The notes under the pieces: model-generated
What the model was told of the DNA's origin: nothing
Seen by the model: the letters and a program-made list of their open reading frames with translations, nothing else
The model's database searches: none
Translations under genes and position numbers: made by a program
Origin: an uncultured delta proteobacterium
GTDB taxonomy: Bacteria > Desulfobacterota > Syntrophia > Syntrophales > UBA2185
Assembly (NCBI GenBank): GCA_963729715.1
Contig: CAVSPA010000006.1
Coordinates: forward strand, 256,001 to 320,000
Direction of reading: 5' to 3'
DNA length: 64,000 nt
Shown: positions 41,164 through 52,752 of the stretch, piece by piece
Position numbering within the stretch: the stretch's first letter is position 1
How the letters are laid out: each line of letters starts with the position of its first letter

Positions 41164-44100
41164 CTATCGGCGGGTATCTTGTTTGTCGAGCTCTTTTCTT
41201 ACGGCAATACCGATCTTCTCCAGAAGGTAGGGTTTCTTCACATATGTGCCGGCCCCAAGCTTCTGAGTCTGCCTGACGCGTTCAGTCATGGCAAATCCGC
41301 TGACAATGATTGCCTTCTGGTCCTTGCGTATCTCAAGAATTCTCCGGTACGTCTCCAAACCGTCAATGCCGGGATCCATAATCATGTCGAGGATAAGCAG
41401 ATCAATTGGATGTTTATTCACAAACTCTACTGCCTCTTTACCGCCCGCGACAGAGTCTACCTTGTATCCGAGGCTCTCCAGCATTGCTGACGCCAGGAGG
41501 CGTTGACCTTCCACGTCATCCACAACCAGAATATGTTCGCCCCTGCCCATGTACTCGCTCTGGGGAAGGGCCTGTTCAATCTGGGTCAAGGCTTCTCTGG
41601 TTACAGGGAAATAGAGGGTAAAGGTGGTTCCTTTTTTCTCTTTGCTCTCCACATCGATGTACCCATCGTGATCTTTCACGGTGCCCCACACAACCGCCAG
41701 TCCGAGACCTGTGCCGCTTCTGCCCATCACTTTCTTCGTATAGAAAGGCTCGAAGATCCTTCCAATATCCGCAGACGGAATTCCTGATCCCGTATCAGAT
41801 ACGGTAAGTACGGCATACTCGCCTTCCTGAGTTGTGTCATACCCGTGAATCGGCTTGTCCACGTAACGGTTATTGGTCCTGATCAGCACGTCTCCCGACC
41901 CGGATATCGCCTCCGCCGCGTTGGAAAGTAGGTTCATCACCGACTTGCTCAGATGTATGGGCGAACCTTTGACATTCAAAAGGTCCGCGTCCAGAGATGT
42001 TTTGAATTGAACGCCGGAATGATGGGACTTGATCGCCTCGAACTCCGGCGTTTGCAGGAAATCGGAGATGATCCTGTTGAGGTTCACCGTTTCTGAGACG
42101 AGCACGCCTCTCCTGGTAAGCGTGAGCAGATCCTGGATGATTGCCGCCGCGCGCTGGCCGCTTTTGAAAATCTGCATTGCGTGTCTCTGCGGGGGGCTCT
42201 CCTGCGGGACATTTTGCAGAAGAAGCTCCGAATATCCCACCAGGACTCCGAGGACATTGTTGAGGTCATGAGCCACTCCTCCCGCCAGCGTCCCCAATGC
42301 CTCCATCTTCTCGGCTCGCTGCAGACGCTCCTCTAACCGTCCGCGTTCGACCTCTGCCCGTTTGCGTTCTGAGATGTCACGTGCAATCGCCAGAATGCCC
42401 GTTGGCCTTCCTTCAGAGTCACGTAAAAAACTATAGTGAACCTCAAACGGTATGATGGAACCATCCTTGTGAAATAGTTCAATTTGCATGATTGCCGACC
42501 TAGCTGTATCGTGCTTATCGGAGCTTTCTATCGCCATTTGTTCCGTTAATTTCTGCATGGCCGATTCGAAGGATGCGGGAGTAAAGGCTTCCTTCATCGT
42601 TCGCCCCATGGCTTCTTCTACCGAAAATCCGAGTATCCGGGAGACGGAAGGGCTTATGTATGTCAACCTTGTATCCATATCTGTAGTATAGATGATGTCG
42701 TTCGCGTTCTCAGCGAGCAGACGATATCTCTCTTCACTTTTCTGCAACTCCTGCCGCGCTCGCTTGCTGTCTGTTATATCTCGAAAAAGCCCCTTGAATC
42801 CCGTGGGCCGCCCCTCGGCGTCCGCTATGAAAGAGGCGGACCCATCTACGGTTCTCTTGGCACCATCCTTCATGATCACATCCCATTCAAACTGCGCGCG
42901 TGGAGTATGTGTTCTGTATACCTCGTTATAAAGCTTGAATATCTTCTCTGAATTTTTTTTATCGGTGTATTTCTTGTAATGCATACCCAGTGTTTCTTCC
43001 TTGCTGTAGCCAAGGAATCGTCGGGCCGCCTCATTGAAGAAGGTGAGCCGTCCCGTCAGGTCCAGTTCAATATATCCTTCTTCCATATTTTCTATGATGG
43101 CGCGGTATTTCTCTTCACTCTGACGCAAAGCCGCCTCGGCTTGCCTACGTTCGGTGATGTCTCGGACGATGGCCTGGATCAGGACGTCATCACCGATCTT
43201 GATGCTGTTGAGACTGACTTCTGTGTCAAAGGGAGTTCCGTCATACCTTATGTGCCGCCATTCAAAAAATTGAAGTTCTCCAGATAAAGCGCGCGATATC
43301 TTCTCAAGGGCCTTCTCTTTGGAATCCGTGCCGTCCGGCTGGAAGGGGGGCGATAAGGCATAGGGGTGATTTCCGATGATCTGATCCATGGTGCATCCGA
43401 ACATTTCCAAGGTGACGGCGTTGCAGTCGATAAACCTATCCCCCTTGAGGATGAATATGCCATCATTCGCGTAATGGAAGAGCGTCCCATAACGTTGTTC
43501 GCCTTCTTTCAGAGCTTCCTCCGCCCGTTTGCGGTCGGTGATATCCTTCGAAACCACCGTCACTGCATTCACTTCGCCGTTGCTCCCCACGACGGGACTG
43601 AGCGTCCGGATAAAGAACCTTCCGTCTCTCTCACTCGTATGGTCCTGTTGAATGGACGTGCCGGTCTCAAAAACGATTTTCACGGTTTCCGCGAACTTGT
43701 CGGAATTTTCCTGGGAATGAAAATCGCTGTATGGTCTTCCCTCGATCCGTTCGAGCGGCATGCCAAAGCGCTTCAGGTGCCCTTCATTCATAAAGAGGTA
43801 CCTTTTGCTCGGCGTCAACGATGTATATCGAGTCCACAGTATGCACGAGAGAGCGATATTTTTCTTCACTCTGACGCAAGGCCTCCTCGGCCTGCTTACG
43901 CTCGGTGATGTCTATGATGGTTCCTCTTATTCCCACAGGTTCATTCTGATGAATCTTAGGCGAGGCATAGATGAGTCCGATAAACGTGCTGCCGTCTTTC
44001 CTGAGAAAGGTAAATTCCTGGCCGGGGATTGATGTCCCCTGCATTACCCGCCCAATACTCTCTCCGACTCTCTGCCATTCCGCGGGTGGAAAGAACTGAA

Positions 44101-45976
44101 GTGCGTTCATGCCCTCTTTGTAATCCTCTTGATTATACCTGAAGATTTCGAGGGCAGTGCGATTAAAGGAAATGATGCTGCCTGCGGTATCAACTTCAAA
44201 AATTGATATTGGAAGGAAATCGGTCAATTCACGGTACCGCTTTTCACTCTCCCGAAGCAGTTCCTCCGCCCGTTTCCGCTCGGTAATGTCTATAAAGCTT
44301 TCGAGAATATATTTTCGGCCCTCGATCATGACCGGGACCACGGTCTTGATGATCGAAAAGTTACTGCCATCCGCACTGAGAAGGACGCGTTCGGCATTAT
44401 CAATATTTTGATGGAGGTCGGAAATCGGGCATTTCCCGACTTCCGCAGGACATATAAACCTGTGGCATACTGAACCGATAATTTGATCCCTTGGAGCTTT
44501 GATCATTTTTGCCGCGAGTGGATTCACATCGACAATACTGTGCGTTTGGGGATCTATGATGACAATTCCCGCCTGCACTGCTTCCAGGATGTTTTTTAGC
44601 TTTTCTTCGCTCTCCCTCAGTGCCTTCTCGGACTGCCTGCGTTCGGTGACATCATCATAGATGGTCACTATCTCTTCCGTGGGAAGCTTGTAGACAAAAT
44701 TATCCCGCCAACTGGATAACCGCTCGTCCTGATACAGTGAAACCGGATAACGTTCGGCCACTCCCGTCCTCCATACCCGCCGGAATACGTCGAGGAGGCC
44801 AAATTCCTTTATCGCCGGAAATACGTCGGTGACAATTCTTCCGATAAGTTCTTCTCTTTTGACACTTTCAATATTTTCCGCTGCTCTGTTGAAATCCTTA
44901 AAGACAAACGTCTCTCCATTGTCACGCGTCTCATAAACGGCCACACCGCTTCCCATGTGCTGGAACATGACACGGTAGCGGGTCTCGCTTTCATGAAGCG
45001 ACTGCTGGCTTTCCAAGAGTTCAGTATACTTCTGACGAAGTTCCTCGTCGTAGGCTGATAACTGTCCATATGCTGCACTCAGTTCTTCATGCTTTGCCTT
45101 TAAGTCTTTTTCTATGCGTCGTTTCTCGGTTACATCTCTGATCGTTCCCCGGTATCCCAATACACTCCCATCAGCACCCTTCCACACAACTGATGTAAGA
45201 AGTACGTGAATAATAGAACCGTCCTTTCTCTTCATGTCGAAAGGATATTCCTTGACATATCCTTTCTCGCGCATGTGAGCGATGAACCTGTCTCTCCCTT
45301 CGGGGTCCGCATACAAGTCCCGAATCTGCACATTCTTCAATTCCTCCCTGCTCGCATAGCCAAACAGTTTTACCGCTGCGTCATTAAGATCAATCCACCT
45401 TCCTTCCGGCGAACTGATAAACACGCAATCCCTCGATGTCTCGAAGAATGCCCTGTACTGTTCTTCACTCTCGCGCAGCGCTTCTTCGGATCGCTTACGC
45501 TCGGTGATATTCGTTGCGGCCCCTATAATTCGAACCGGTTTTCCCTTACGGTCGCGAAGAACATAGATGCGGTGATTAATGTAGACATGCGCTCCGCCGG
45601 CAGTTTTAATCCTGTATTCATTTGAGCCGAATTCCCGATTGCTCTTCATCAACCTTTCCATACCCGCGACCATCCGCTTGCGATCGTCAGGGTGTATAAT
45701 CTGAATCCACCAGTTCCACGGATCATCTATGACTTCGGGAACACCTAATGTCTTCTGCATTCCCTCATTACACCAGAGTTGATTCTTCGCTATGTCATAA
45801 TCGTGAATGGCATCGTTTGTAGCTATCGACAGCATGGAAAATCGTTCCTGAGCCTTCCGGAGCTGTGACGACTTCAGCTTCAGCTTATGCTGGGATTCTT
45901 CGAGCTTTGAGACCTTCAGGCGCAATGAAATCAATTCATTAATAAGCTCTTTCTTGGTTCTGTCCTCGTCCTTCAT
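41164..45976 (-). pseudogene. Multi-PAS hybrid histidine kinase split by a 1-nt frameshift at about 43803-43806
   Basis: ORFs 43784-45976 and 41164-43869 join as ...[14 protein letters not shown]... if one A is removed from CAAAAGG. H-box, HATPase and REC domains are in the downstream half. Confidence 0.85.
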
Positions 45977-46014
45977 TTTCCTGTCTCCTTCGCTGCGAGT
46001 GGGTGCAGCCACGC

Positions 46015-46049
46015 AAAAAACCCCCGTCTCCTTTTAGGAAACAGGGGTT
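46015..46049 (-). terminator. Intrinsic terminator within the 5' leader of the kinase gene
   Basis: Minus strand AACCCCTGTTTCCT-AAA-AGGAGACGGGGG-TTTTTT, about 40 nt upstream of the ATG in a divergent intergenic region. Confidence 0.7.
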
Positions 46050-46441
46050 CTATAATCGGTCCATACATCCCCCTGCGGGTTGAAGGGTTTGGAATCTTAT
46101 TCATAATTCAAATAGTGAAGGTTTTTGTATCACGATTTTCTGCATAAATCTACAATGAAAAGAAGACTCTGATGCTGAAGAGGAAAAAATTGCTGACGAC
46201 CAAATCCACCAGTCTATATGTAGGACGGTGTTGATTCAGTAGCTTCGTCTTTCCATTTTCATCAGGATCATCTTTCTCGTCTATAAGGTAACGGAACTAA
46301 TCTTCAAGAGTACGATCTGGAGATGATCTCTTAGCACTCTTTTTTGCAGTGTTCATTGACAGACGGCTTTTTTTTGATTACAAGTAACAATAAATTTTTG
46401 GAGTACATTAAGAAACTGTTAAATTCAAAAAGGGGGGTAAC

Positions 46442-47488
46442 ATGAAAGGAAGATGGATTGGATGTCTTGTTGTTCTTTCTTATGTCCTCGGATTCGCCGC
46501 TATAGGCTTCTCGGCAAATTACAAACCCGAGTACAAGATGAGCATCGTAGTTGGTCCCACGACTTCTTGGGGCATGGGGGGCGCCAAGTTCGCTGAGCTG
46601 GTGAAGGAGAGAACAAATGGCCGGATCAATATCAAGGTGTATTACAGCGGCCAGCTCTACGCGGGGAAACAGACCAACGAATTCCTCCTCCTGAAGCAGG
46701 GCGTGGCGGATTTCGCTCTCGGCTCGACGATCAACTGGTCCCCGGCGGTCAGGGAACTAAACCTCTTTGCCCTGCCATTCTTCTTCAACGGCAGTTACAA
46801 GGCTCTCGATGCAGTTGAAAACGGCGATATCGGGAAAAGAATATTTAATATCCTCGATGAAAAGGGCGTTGTCGCTATGGGATGGGGAGAAAATGGTTTT
46901 CGCGAGATAACCAACAGTAAAAGGTCTATAAGGAAACCTGCGGATCTCAACGGGCTCAAGATCCGGGTTGTCGGTTCACCCATCTTTATTGATATCTTCA
47001 AATCCCTCGGCGCCAATCCCATATCCATGAACTGGGGTGAAGCCTTAAGCGCCTTCCAGACGGGAACCGTGGACGGACAGGAGAACCCCGTGACGGGCAT
47101 CATCATTCCCTACAAACTGTGGCAGGTCAATAAGTACTGCACATTCTGGAATTACGTCATTGATCCCTTGATCCTGGCTATCAGCAAAGAAACCTGGAAT
47201 GCCTTTGATGCGAAGGACCATGCGATTATCCGCAAGGCCGCCCTGGATGCCACCGTCTGGCAAAAAAAAGCCGCTCGTGAAGGCCTCGCAGGAAGCAGTG
47301 ACTCTCTAAATATTCTTAAGCAGAATGGCATGGATGTCTATGTTCTCACGGCGACGGACAGGAAAGCCTTCAAGGAGAAGGTGAAGCCTGTTTATAACCG
47401 GTGGGTCCCCGAGATCGGTGCTGACCTTGTGAAAGCAGCCGAGAAAGTTGTCGAGAGTGTTGAAAAGAAAAAACCGGCTAAGAAATAA
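46442..47488 (+). CDS. dctP: TRAP transporter substrate-binding protein
   Basis: Signal peptide, ENGFRE, DLNGLKIRV, GTVDGQENP. Confidence 0.95.
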   Translation: MKGRWIGCLVVLSYVLGFAAIGFSANYKPEYKMSIVVGPTTSWGMGGAKFAELVKERTNGRINIKVYYSGQLYAGKQTNEFLLLKQGVADFALGSTINWSPAVRELNLFALPFFFNGSYKALDAVENGDIGKRIFNILDEKGVVAMGWGENGFREITNSKRSIRKPADLNGLKIRVVGSPIFIDIFKSLGANPISMNWGEALSAFQTGTVDGQENPVTGIIIPYKLWQVNKYCTFWNYVIDPLILAISKETWNAFDAKDHAIIRKAALDATVWQKKAAREGLAGSSDSLNILKQNGMDVYVLTATDRKAFKEKVKPVYNRWVPEIGADLVKAAEKVVESVEKKKPAKK

Positions 47489-47491
47489 TCA

Positions 47492-47968
47492 GTGAACAGA
47501 CTGAAGTATCTATACTCGCATTTTGAAGAGGTGGTGAGCACGGCCCTTCTGGCTGTTATGGCTGTGTTTGCCTTCCTTAATGTCCTCACCCGCTATTTCA
47601 TCCATTACTCCTTTGCATTTACGGAAGAGATCGAGGTGGCCCTACTCGTGTGGATCACCATGCTCGGTGCGGCGGCAGGATTCCGGCGGTGTGTCCACCT
47701 AGGCTTTCAATTTCTGTCTTCAAAAGTCCCGCCTGCGGGAAGGAGGGTACTCCTGGTGATCAGTTCCCTCCTCACCATCTTCTGCTTTGGCGTCCTGCTC
47801 CGCTACAGTCTGGTCCAGATACAGGATGAATTGATGCTTGCTGTCACCACGGAGGCCCTCGACATCCCCCAGTGGCTGTATACCTTGGCCCTTACCGTCG
47901 GGTCGTTATTGGTCATCTTCCGGGTCGTGGAAATGACGGTCAATAAGCTGAGGAGGAAGGAAGACTGA
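47492..47968 (+). CDS. dctQ: TRAP transporter small permease
   Basis: Four TM helices, RY...FTEE, located between dctP and dctM. Confidence 0.9.
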   Translation: MNRLKYLYSHFEEVVSTALLAVMAVFAFLNVLTRYFIHYSFAFTEEIEVALLVWITMLGAAAGFRRCVHLGFQFLSSKVPPAGRRVLLVISSLLTIFCFGVLLRYSLVQIQDELMLAVTTEALDIPQWLYTLALTVGSLLVIFRVVEMTVNKLRRKED

Positions 47969-49245
47969 TGGAAGGACTTCTCCTGTTTGGCCTTTTCCTC
48001 CTAATACTTTTTGCGGGTGTGCCTGTCGCCGTCGCTTTAGGAACAGTCTCCCTTTTTCTCATCTGGCTCTATAATTTAGGCATCTCAGGCGTATCTCCGA
48101 ATTTTTATGCCGGAGTAGCTAAGTTCCAGCTCTTGGCTATTCCTTTCTTCATTCTGGCGGGCCTGATCATGGACCGCTGTGGCATCTCGAAAAGGCTGGT
48201 TCACCTCATCAGCCTCATAATAGGGCCGATTCACGGGGGACTTGCCCTGGTAACTATCGTTGTCGGTTTGATCTTTGCGGGGATATCCGGCTCCGGCCCG
48301 GCCGACACGGCGGCCTTGGGAACGATTCTCATCACAGCCATGGCGGCGAGGGGATACGCGAAGGATTTCAGCGCCGCCCTAATTGCTGCGTCGGGTTCTC
48401 TTGCTATCATCGTCCCTCCGAGCATTGCCTTCATCATCTACGGGGTCATCACAGGCACCTCGATCCCCGCCCTTTTCGCCGCCGGAGTGATCCCCGGGAT
48501 CATCACCGGTCTTGTCCTTATGATTCCCTCCTATATCATCGCAAGGAAGAGGGGCTGGAGGGGCGAGAGATGGGGAACGCCTAAAGAAATCTGGGGCGCC
48601 TTCAGAGGGGCCTTCTGGGGGCTCATCGCCCCGTTTATCATTCTGGGCGGCATGTACGGCGGGATATTCACGCCGACGGAAGCGGCGGTGGTTGCCGTGT
48701 TCTATGGATTGTTCGTAGGCATGGTCATCTACCGCGAGCTTGATTTTCGTTCCCTGTATGAACTGCTCCTCGACACCGTTCTATCTTCAGCGGTCATCAT
48801 GATCATCGTGGGGTTTGCCGGCCTCTATGCCTGGACCGGCTCCACCATCGGGGTCATGGACAAGTTCTCCAGACAGATGCTCTCCTTGTCTGCGAATCCT
48901 GCCGTGCTTCTCGTGCTGATCAACATCATGCTTCTCATCGCCGGGATGCTCATGGATGCGATCTCCATCTACTACATTTTCCTTCCCATGCTGATCCCGC
49001 TCATCAAGGTCTTCAACTGGGACCCCATCTGGTTCGGCGTTGTCATGACAGTCAACCTGGCTATCGGCCAGTTGACTCCGCCCGTGGCGGTGAATCTTTA
49101 CGTTGTCTGCAACATCGCCAACATATCCTTGGAAGAAGTTTCCAAAGCGGTCCTTCCCTTCATTCTTATTATGATCGCCGCGCTGGGCATCATCATCTAT
49201 TTCCCCTGGCTTTCGATGTACCTGCCTTCGCTTTTCAAGTTGTAG
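47968..49245 (+). CDS. dctM: TRAP transporter large permease
   Basis: LLAIPFFILAG, ISGSGPAD, IVPPSI, GIFTPTEAA, LTPPV. Confidence 0.95.
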   Translation: MEGLLLFGLFLLILFAGVPVAVALGTVSLFLIWLYNLGISGVSPNFYAGVAKFQLLAIPFFILAGLIMDRCGISKRLVHLISLIIGPIHGGLALVTIVVGLIFAGISGSGPADTAALGTILITAMAARGYAKDFSAALIAASGSLAIIVPPSIAFIIYGVITGTSIPALFAAGVIPGIITGLVLMIPSYIIARKRGWRGERWGTPKEIWGAFRGAFWGLIAPFIILGGMYGGIFTPTEAAVVAVFYGLFVGMVIYRELDFRSLYELLLDTVLSSAVIMIIVGFAGLYAWTGSTIGVMDKFSRQMLSLSANPAVLLVLINIMLLIAGMLMDAISIYYIFLPMLIPLIKVFNWDPIWFGVVMTVNLAIGQLTPPVAVNLYVVCNIANISLEEVSKAVLPFILIMIAALGIIIYFPWLSMYLPSLFKL

Positions 49246-49264
49246 CGGAGGCGTTCATCTTGCT

Positions 49265-49840
49265 TTAAACCAGCCGTTTTCCGAGTTCGAGGGCTTCCTT
49301 CATCAGGGACTTGTTCTTCTTGATTTCGCCGGCGTCCATGGCGCTTCCGTAAATCATTCCGACAATGCACGCCCCAACGTATCCATAGGCATCCTGAAAA
49401 GTGCGGAGGGCATTGACGCAGCCCGATTTGAACGGGTCGGCATCTCCGTAACTCATGGCTATGGCAATCCGCTTTCCCGCAAAAGCTTCCTCTGCGCGCG
49501 GGAGCAAGGCAAACGCACGATCCATCCACAGTTTCGTCTGTGCTGACATGGTGAACCAGTAAATAGGGCTCACAATTATCCATGCATCCGATGCCAACAA
49601 CTTCTTGTAAACAATCTGCATGTCGTCATTGATAACGCATCCTTTGCTGTTTGGCTTCTGACATGCATAGCATGAACTGCAGGGCGCGATCTTCATCCCG
49701 TGGATAAAGAGAGTCTCCACTCTTGCGCCAACGGACTCGGCTCCTTCGGCGATCCTTTCCGCCAATATGGCGCTATTGCCTCTCTTCCTGGGGCTGCCCA
49801 GTAAAACGAGTACTTTCTTCACGTCATCCTTGCCGGTCAT
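49265..49840 (-). CDS. Iron-sulfur flavoprotein (Isf/flavodoxin family)
   Basis: GSPRKRGNS, CSSCYACQKPNSKGC compact Cys motif, SPIYW. Confidence 0.9.
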   Translation of the reverse strand: MTGKDDVKKVLVLLGSPRKRGNSAILAERIAEGAESVGARVETLFIHGMKIAPCSSCYACQKPNSKGCVINDDMQIVYKKLLASDAWIIVSPIYWFTMSAQTKLWMDRAFALLPRAEEAFAGKRIAIAMSYGDADPFKSGCVNALRTFQDAYGYVGACIVGMIYGSAMDAGEIKKNKSLMKEALELGKRLV

Positions 49841-49930
49841 TTTACACCTCCATTCTAACGTACTGCTTCACGACACAAAAAACTGCACCGCATCTCTCGT
49901 TCGCAATGAGGCAGGCGGTGTGCTGTTATG

Positions 49931-50653
49931 TTAATTAGTATTTAGCCCTGAGTCCGGTGTCGTCTGTGGTGGCGCATTGGTCGTACGGCTATTTCCCAGT
50001 TTCACCATGGCTTCGAGACGCTCCCTGGTATTAGGGTGTGAATCGAGGAGACCACCGCCCGTGGCACCAGACGACTTCAAAAGGAAGCGAAAGCTGTAGG
50101 CCATGGTCCCCGTGGGGTCTGGGTCGTTGGCCGTGGACAGGATCTCAACAGCCTTGTTGTCCGCGTCGGTCTCCTGGGAGCGCGAGTAGGCGGGAAGAGC
50201 AAGCATGCCCGTCACGAACACGGCATTCGAAGCAATCAGGCCCCCCACCCCGGGGATAAAAGACAAGGCAGTACGGGTCCACTGTTCTGCGGCGATCGCC
50301 GTCTTCCTCTTGTCTGCGTGACCCAGAACCTCATGGCCTATTTCGTGGGCAGCCACCCCGCGAATGAGCCTCTCATCGCCCGTGTTAATTAAGCCCGTGG
50401 TAAACCCGAACTTGCACTCCCCGAGGGACATGGCGTTTAGTTTCTGAGAGTCGATGAAGAAGACCTGGCAATTGCCAGGAGAACGGCCGGCACTCCTGAG
50501 GAGGGGCACAATCTGTTCCGCGACTCTCTTGTGGGCGGGATTCTGCCAATCCGGCTTGATGACCTTTGTCTGGGCTGTCCTCTCCCCTGCACAGCCCACA
50601 AGCGACAAGATGCAGATATATAATGCCAACCGGCGCCAGGCTGATAATGTCAT
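49931..50653 (-). CDS. M48-family zinc metallopeptidase (lipoprotein)
   Basis: LVGC lipobox, AHEIGH, YSRSQETDAD, SHP..RERL. Confidence 0.9.
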   Translation of the reverse strand: MTLSAWRRLALYICILSLVGCAGERTAQTKVIKPDWQNPAHKRVAEQIVPLLRSAGRSPGNCQVFFIDSQKLNAMSLGECKFGFTTGLINTGDERLIRGVAAHEIGHEVLGHADKRKTAIAAEQWTRTALSFIPGVGGLIASNAVFVTGMLALPAYSRSQETDADNKAVEILSTANDPDPTGTMAYSFRFLLKSSGATGGGLLDSHPNTRERLEAMVKLGNSRTTNAPPQTTPDSGLNTN

Positions 50654-50984
50654 CGCGCAGTTCTCCTCTTTCTCCGCGTGCCTTCTCCGTGAAATTTGTT
50701 TTGTCCCTTTTACACAGTCTATACCTGAATTACTTAACAACTAATGTAGCACAAAAAAGGAAAAACTGAAAATTGAAGCTTTTAAGAATAAGGGAGATTG
50801 CATGGGAAACCTGTCTGTCGTTCGCCGCGCACCTCGCAGCGGCCGCCACATAATGCCTCATCAAATGTTTCCGGAAGAGATTTTAATAATGAAACTCCTT
50901 GAAAGAAACCGGCGAAGGGGTATAATTAATCAGGTGTGCCCTCAGGCATGAAATAAAAAAATAAATTTTAGTTGGAGGAATATC

Positions 50985-51377
50985 ATGAAAAAACTCTCGG
51001 TCATTCTTTGCGCGGCAATGATCACTTGTTTTGTGCTGGCAACTCCCGGACTGGCGCAGGATCAAGACCAGACGCTGATGCCCAAGGAGGGCAAAAGGGC
51101 GTGCAAGGCCGACATTGAAAAGTTCTGCAAAGACATTAAGCCTGGCGGCGGCCGGCTCTGGGTCTGTCTCAAGAGCAACGGAGACCGGCTGTCGCAGGAA
51201 TGCGCGAATCATATGGCATTGGAACGGGAAAAGTCTCGGGAATTCCGTCAGGCGTGCAAAGGCGATTGGGAAAAATTCTGCAAAGGCATAGCAAAAGGAA
51301 AGGGGAGAGTTGTTTCATGCCTGAAGAGCCACGAAGCGGAACTATCCGACGCCTGTGCGGCGGTCTTCCGAAGATAG
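50985..51377 (+). CDS. Secreted cysteine-rich repeat protein
   Basis: Signal peptide plus two CKxDxEKFC...GxGR...CLKS....LSxxC repeats. Confidence 0.85.
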   Translation: MKKLSVILCAAMITCFVLATPGLAQDQDQTLMPKEGKRACKADIEKFCKDIKPGGGRLWVCLKSNGDRLSQECANHMALEREKSREFRQACKGDWEKFCKGIAKGKGRVVSCLKSHEAELSDACAAVFRR

Positions 51378-51408
51378 CATTTCCTCTGTCACATGATATA
51401 GGAACATC

Positions 51409-52458
51409 TTACGCCATATATCCTTTTACCGGCATCAGGTTGTAGTGTGTCAGGATGGCGCCTGTCGCCTCGATGACGTCCTGGGGAAGGCGAATTCGTT
51501 CGTGAAGCATGGGTTCTTCTGTTGTATCTGCCGAAGGCCCGAAGGCAAAGAAATGATCGATAGCCTTATTGGCATTGGTGAAAGGATTGCCGTAAGGAAG
51601 TGGTTGCACGATGGCGAAGACCTCGCTGACAACGCTGGTCAACTTCTCTGACATCTCCCGTGCTTTTTCCTGATCGTTCTTTTGAAGACTTTCGATGAGA
51701 GATGAAAGATTGTGAGAAAAACAGTTAGCAGTACTGAGAAGAAACCCATCGTAGCAGCCGCCTCTGCCCGCTAGCCATCGCGCATAGCCGCCCTCGGCGC
51801 CCCTGACAAGAAAGACGCCGCCCTTGTAAACATCGGAAGTTGCAATGCTGTCCTGACCGCTCGAGTCTTTGAAGAACACCAGGTTGGAATACTTCTGCAC
51901 GAGCCTTGCAAAGATTTCAGGCGCCACTTCATTTTCCGTTACCTGGGGAAGCTGATACAGTGCGACAGGCAGCCCCATGTCGAGGACAGCGGAAAGGCCG
52001 GCTTCAATTTGATGCTGGCTAAGCGACTTCCCCCGGGGTGGGCAGATTGTGAAACCGCAAACATGATTGGCTTTAAGGATTTGGCCGGCATCTTCTTTTC
52101 CCGCCGGATTTTTCTGAAGCATCCTAATCATGCTTGAGATCGTCCGCTTCATGGTCTCGACATCGGCTTTCAGGACGCCGAGGAGGAGGCTGATCTCATG
52201 CGTCCGGGCCTGTTGTATCGCGAAGTCTGCGACTTCTAATGTTTCATCTTTCGTCAGTTCCCAGCCGTCGCCGGTCGATCCGGGAATGAGAAATCCCTTG
52301 ACCCACGGGACTACATGCTTGAAATGGGCACGCATCCTGTCAAAGTCGATTGTGCCGTCGCTCCTGTAGTGTGTGAGGAGAGGGCACCACAACCTGGGGA
52401 TGCCGGAAGGAAAAAGCCCTTTGATTAACGCCTGGCGCTTCGCTGTAATATCGTTCAT
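51409..52458 (-). CDS. Dihydrodipicolinate synthase-family (class I aldolase-like) protein
   Basis: DGTID, PGSTGDG, LYQLPQVT, FKDSSG Schiff-base Lys. Substrate unknown. Confidence 0.8.
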   Translation of the reverse strand: MNDITAKRQALIKGLFPSGIPRLWCPLLTHYRSDGTIDFDRMRAHFKHVVPWVKGFLIPGSTGDGWELTKDETLEVADFAIQQARTHEISLLLGVLKADVETMKRTISSMIRMLQKNPAGKEDAGQILKANHVCGFTICPPRGKSLSQHQIEAGLSAVLDMGLPVALYQLPQVTENEVAPEIFARLVQKYSNLVFFKDSSGQDSIATSDVYKGGVFLVRGAEGGYARWLAGRGGCYDGFLLSTANCFSHNLSSLIESLQKNDQEKAREMSEKLTSVVSEVFAIVQPLPYGNPFTNANKAIDHFFAFGPSADTTEEPMLHERIRLPQDVIEATGAILTHYNLMPVKGYMA

Positions 52459-52575
52459 TGAATATCCTTTCAGAGCCTGAACAGTCTTGACAGGCATTAG
52501 TTGTTTATCACAGTTCTCACGCGACAGGCAATAGGCGATTGGCGATCATGAACCAGATTCTTTTTTTTCACAAGA

Positions 52576-52629
52576 TTAACAAATTCTTCATGGTCCTTTA
52601 ACAATGGTGCAACATTTGACATTTATTAT
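52576..52629 (+). promoter_or_regulatory. Pho-box-like array and -10 upstream of phoB
   Basis: TTAACA(52576), TTCATG(52587), TTAACA(52598), GCAACA(52609) at 11-bp spacing; TATTAT at 52624. Confidence 0.7.
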
Positions 52630-52752
52630 ACCGGAAATTCTGAGGTAAGCAGATTCCTTCCGCAGACTGATTCCCGGAATGGATTTGCAGAAAAAGGCTG
52701 GAGCGCGTCAGAATCAACAGTCTGAAAAAGCTCCCGGAGTTCTTTGCTGATT

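Noticed and set aside
46050..46100. c-di-GMP-I (GEMM) riboswitch, suggested by CAAACC...GGGA
   Set aside because: Lacks the GNRA-capped P2 and the GACGCAAAGC context. Kept only as an unclassified leader.
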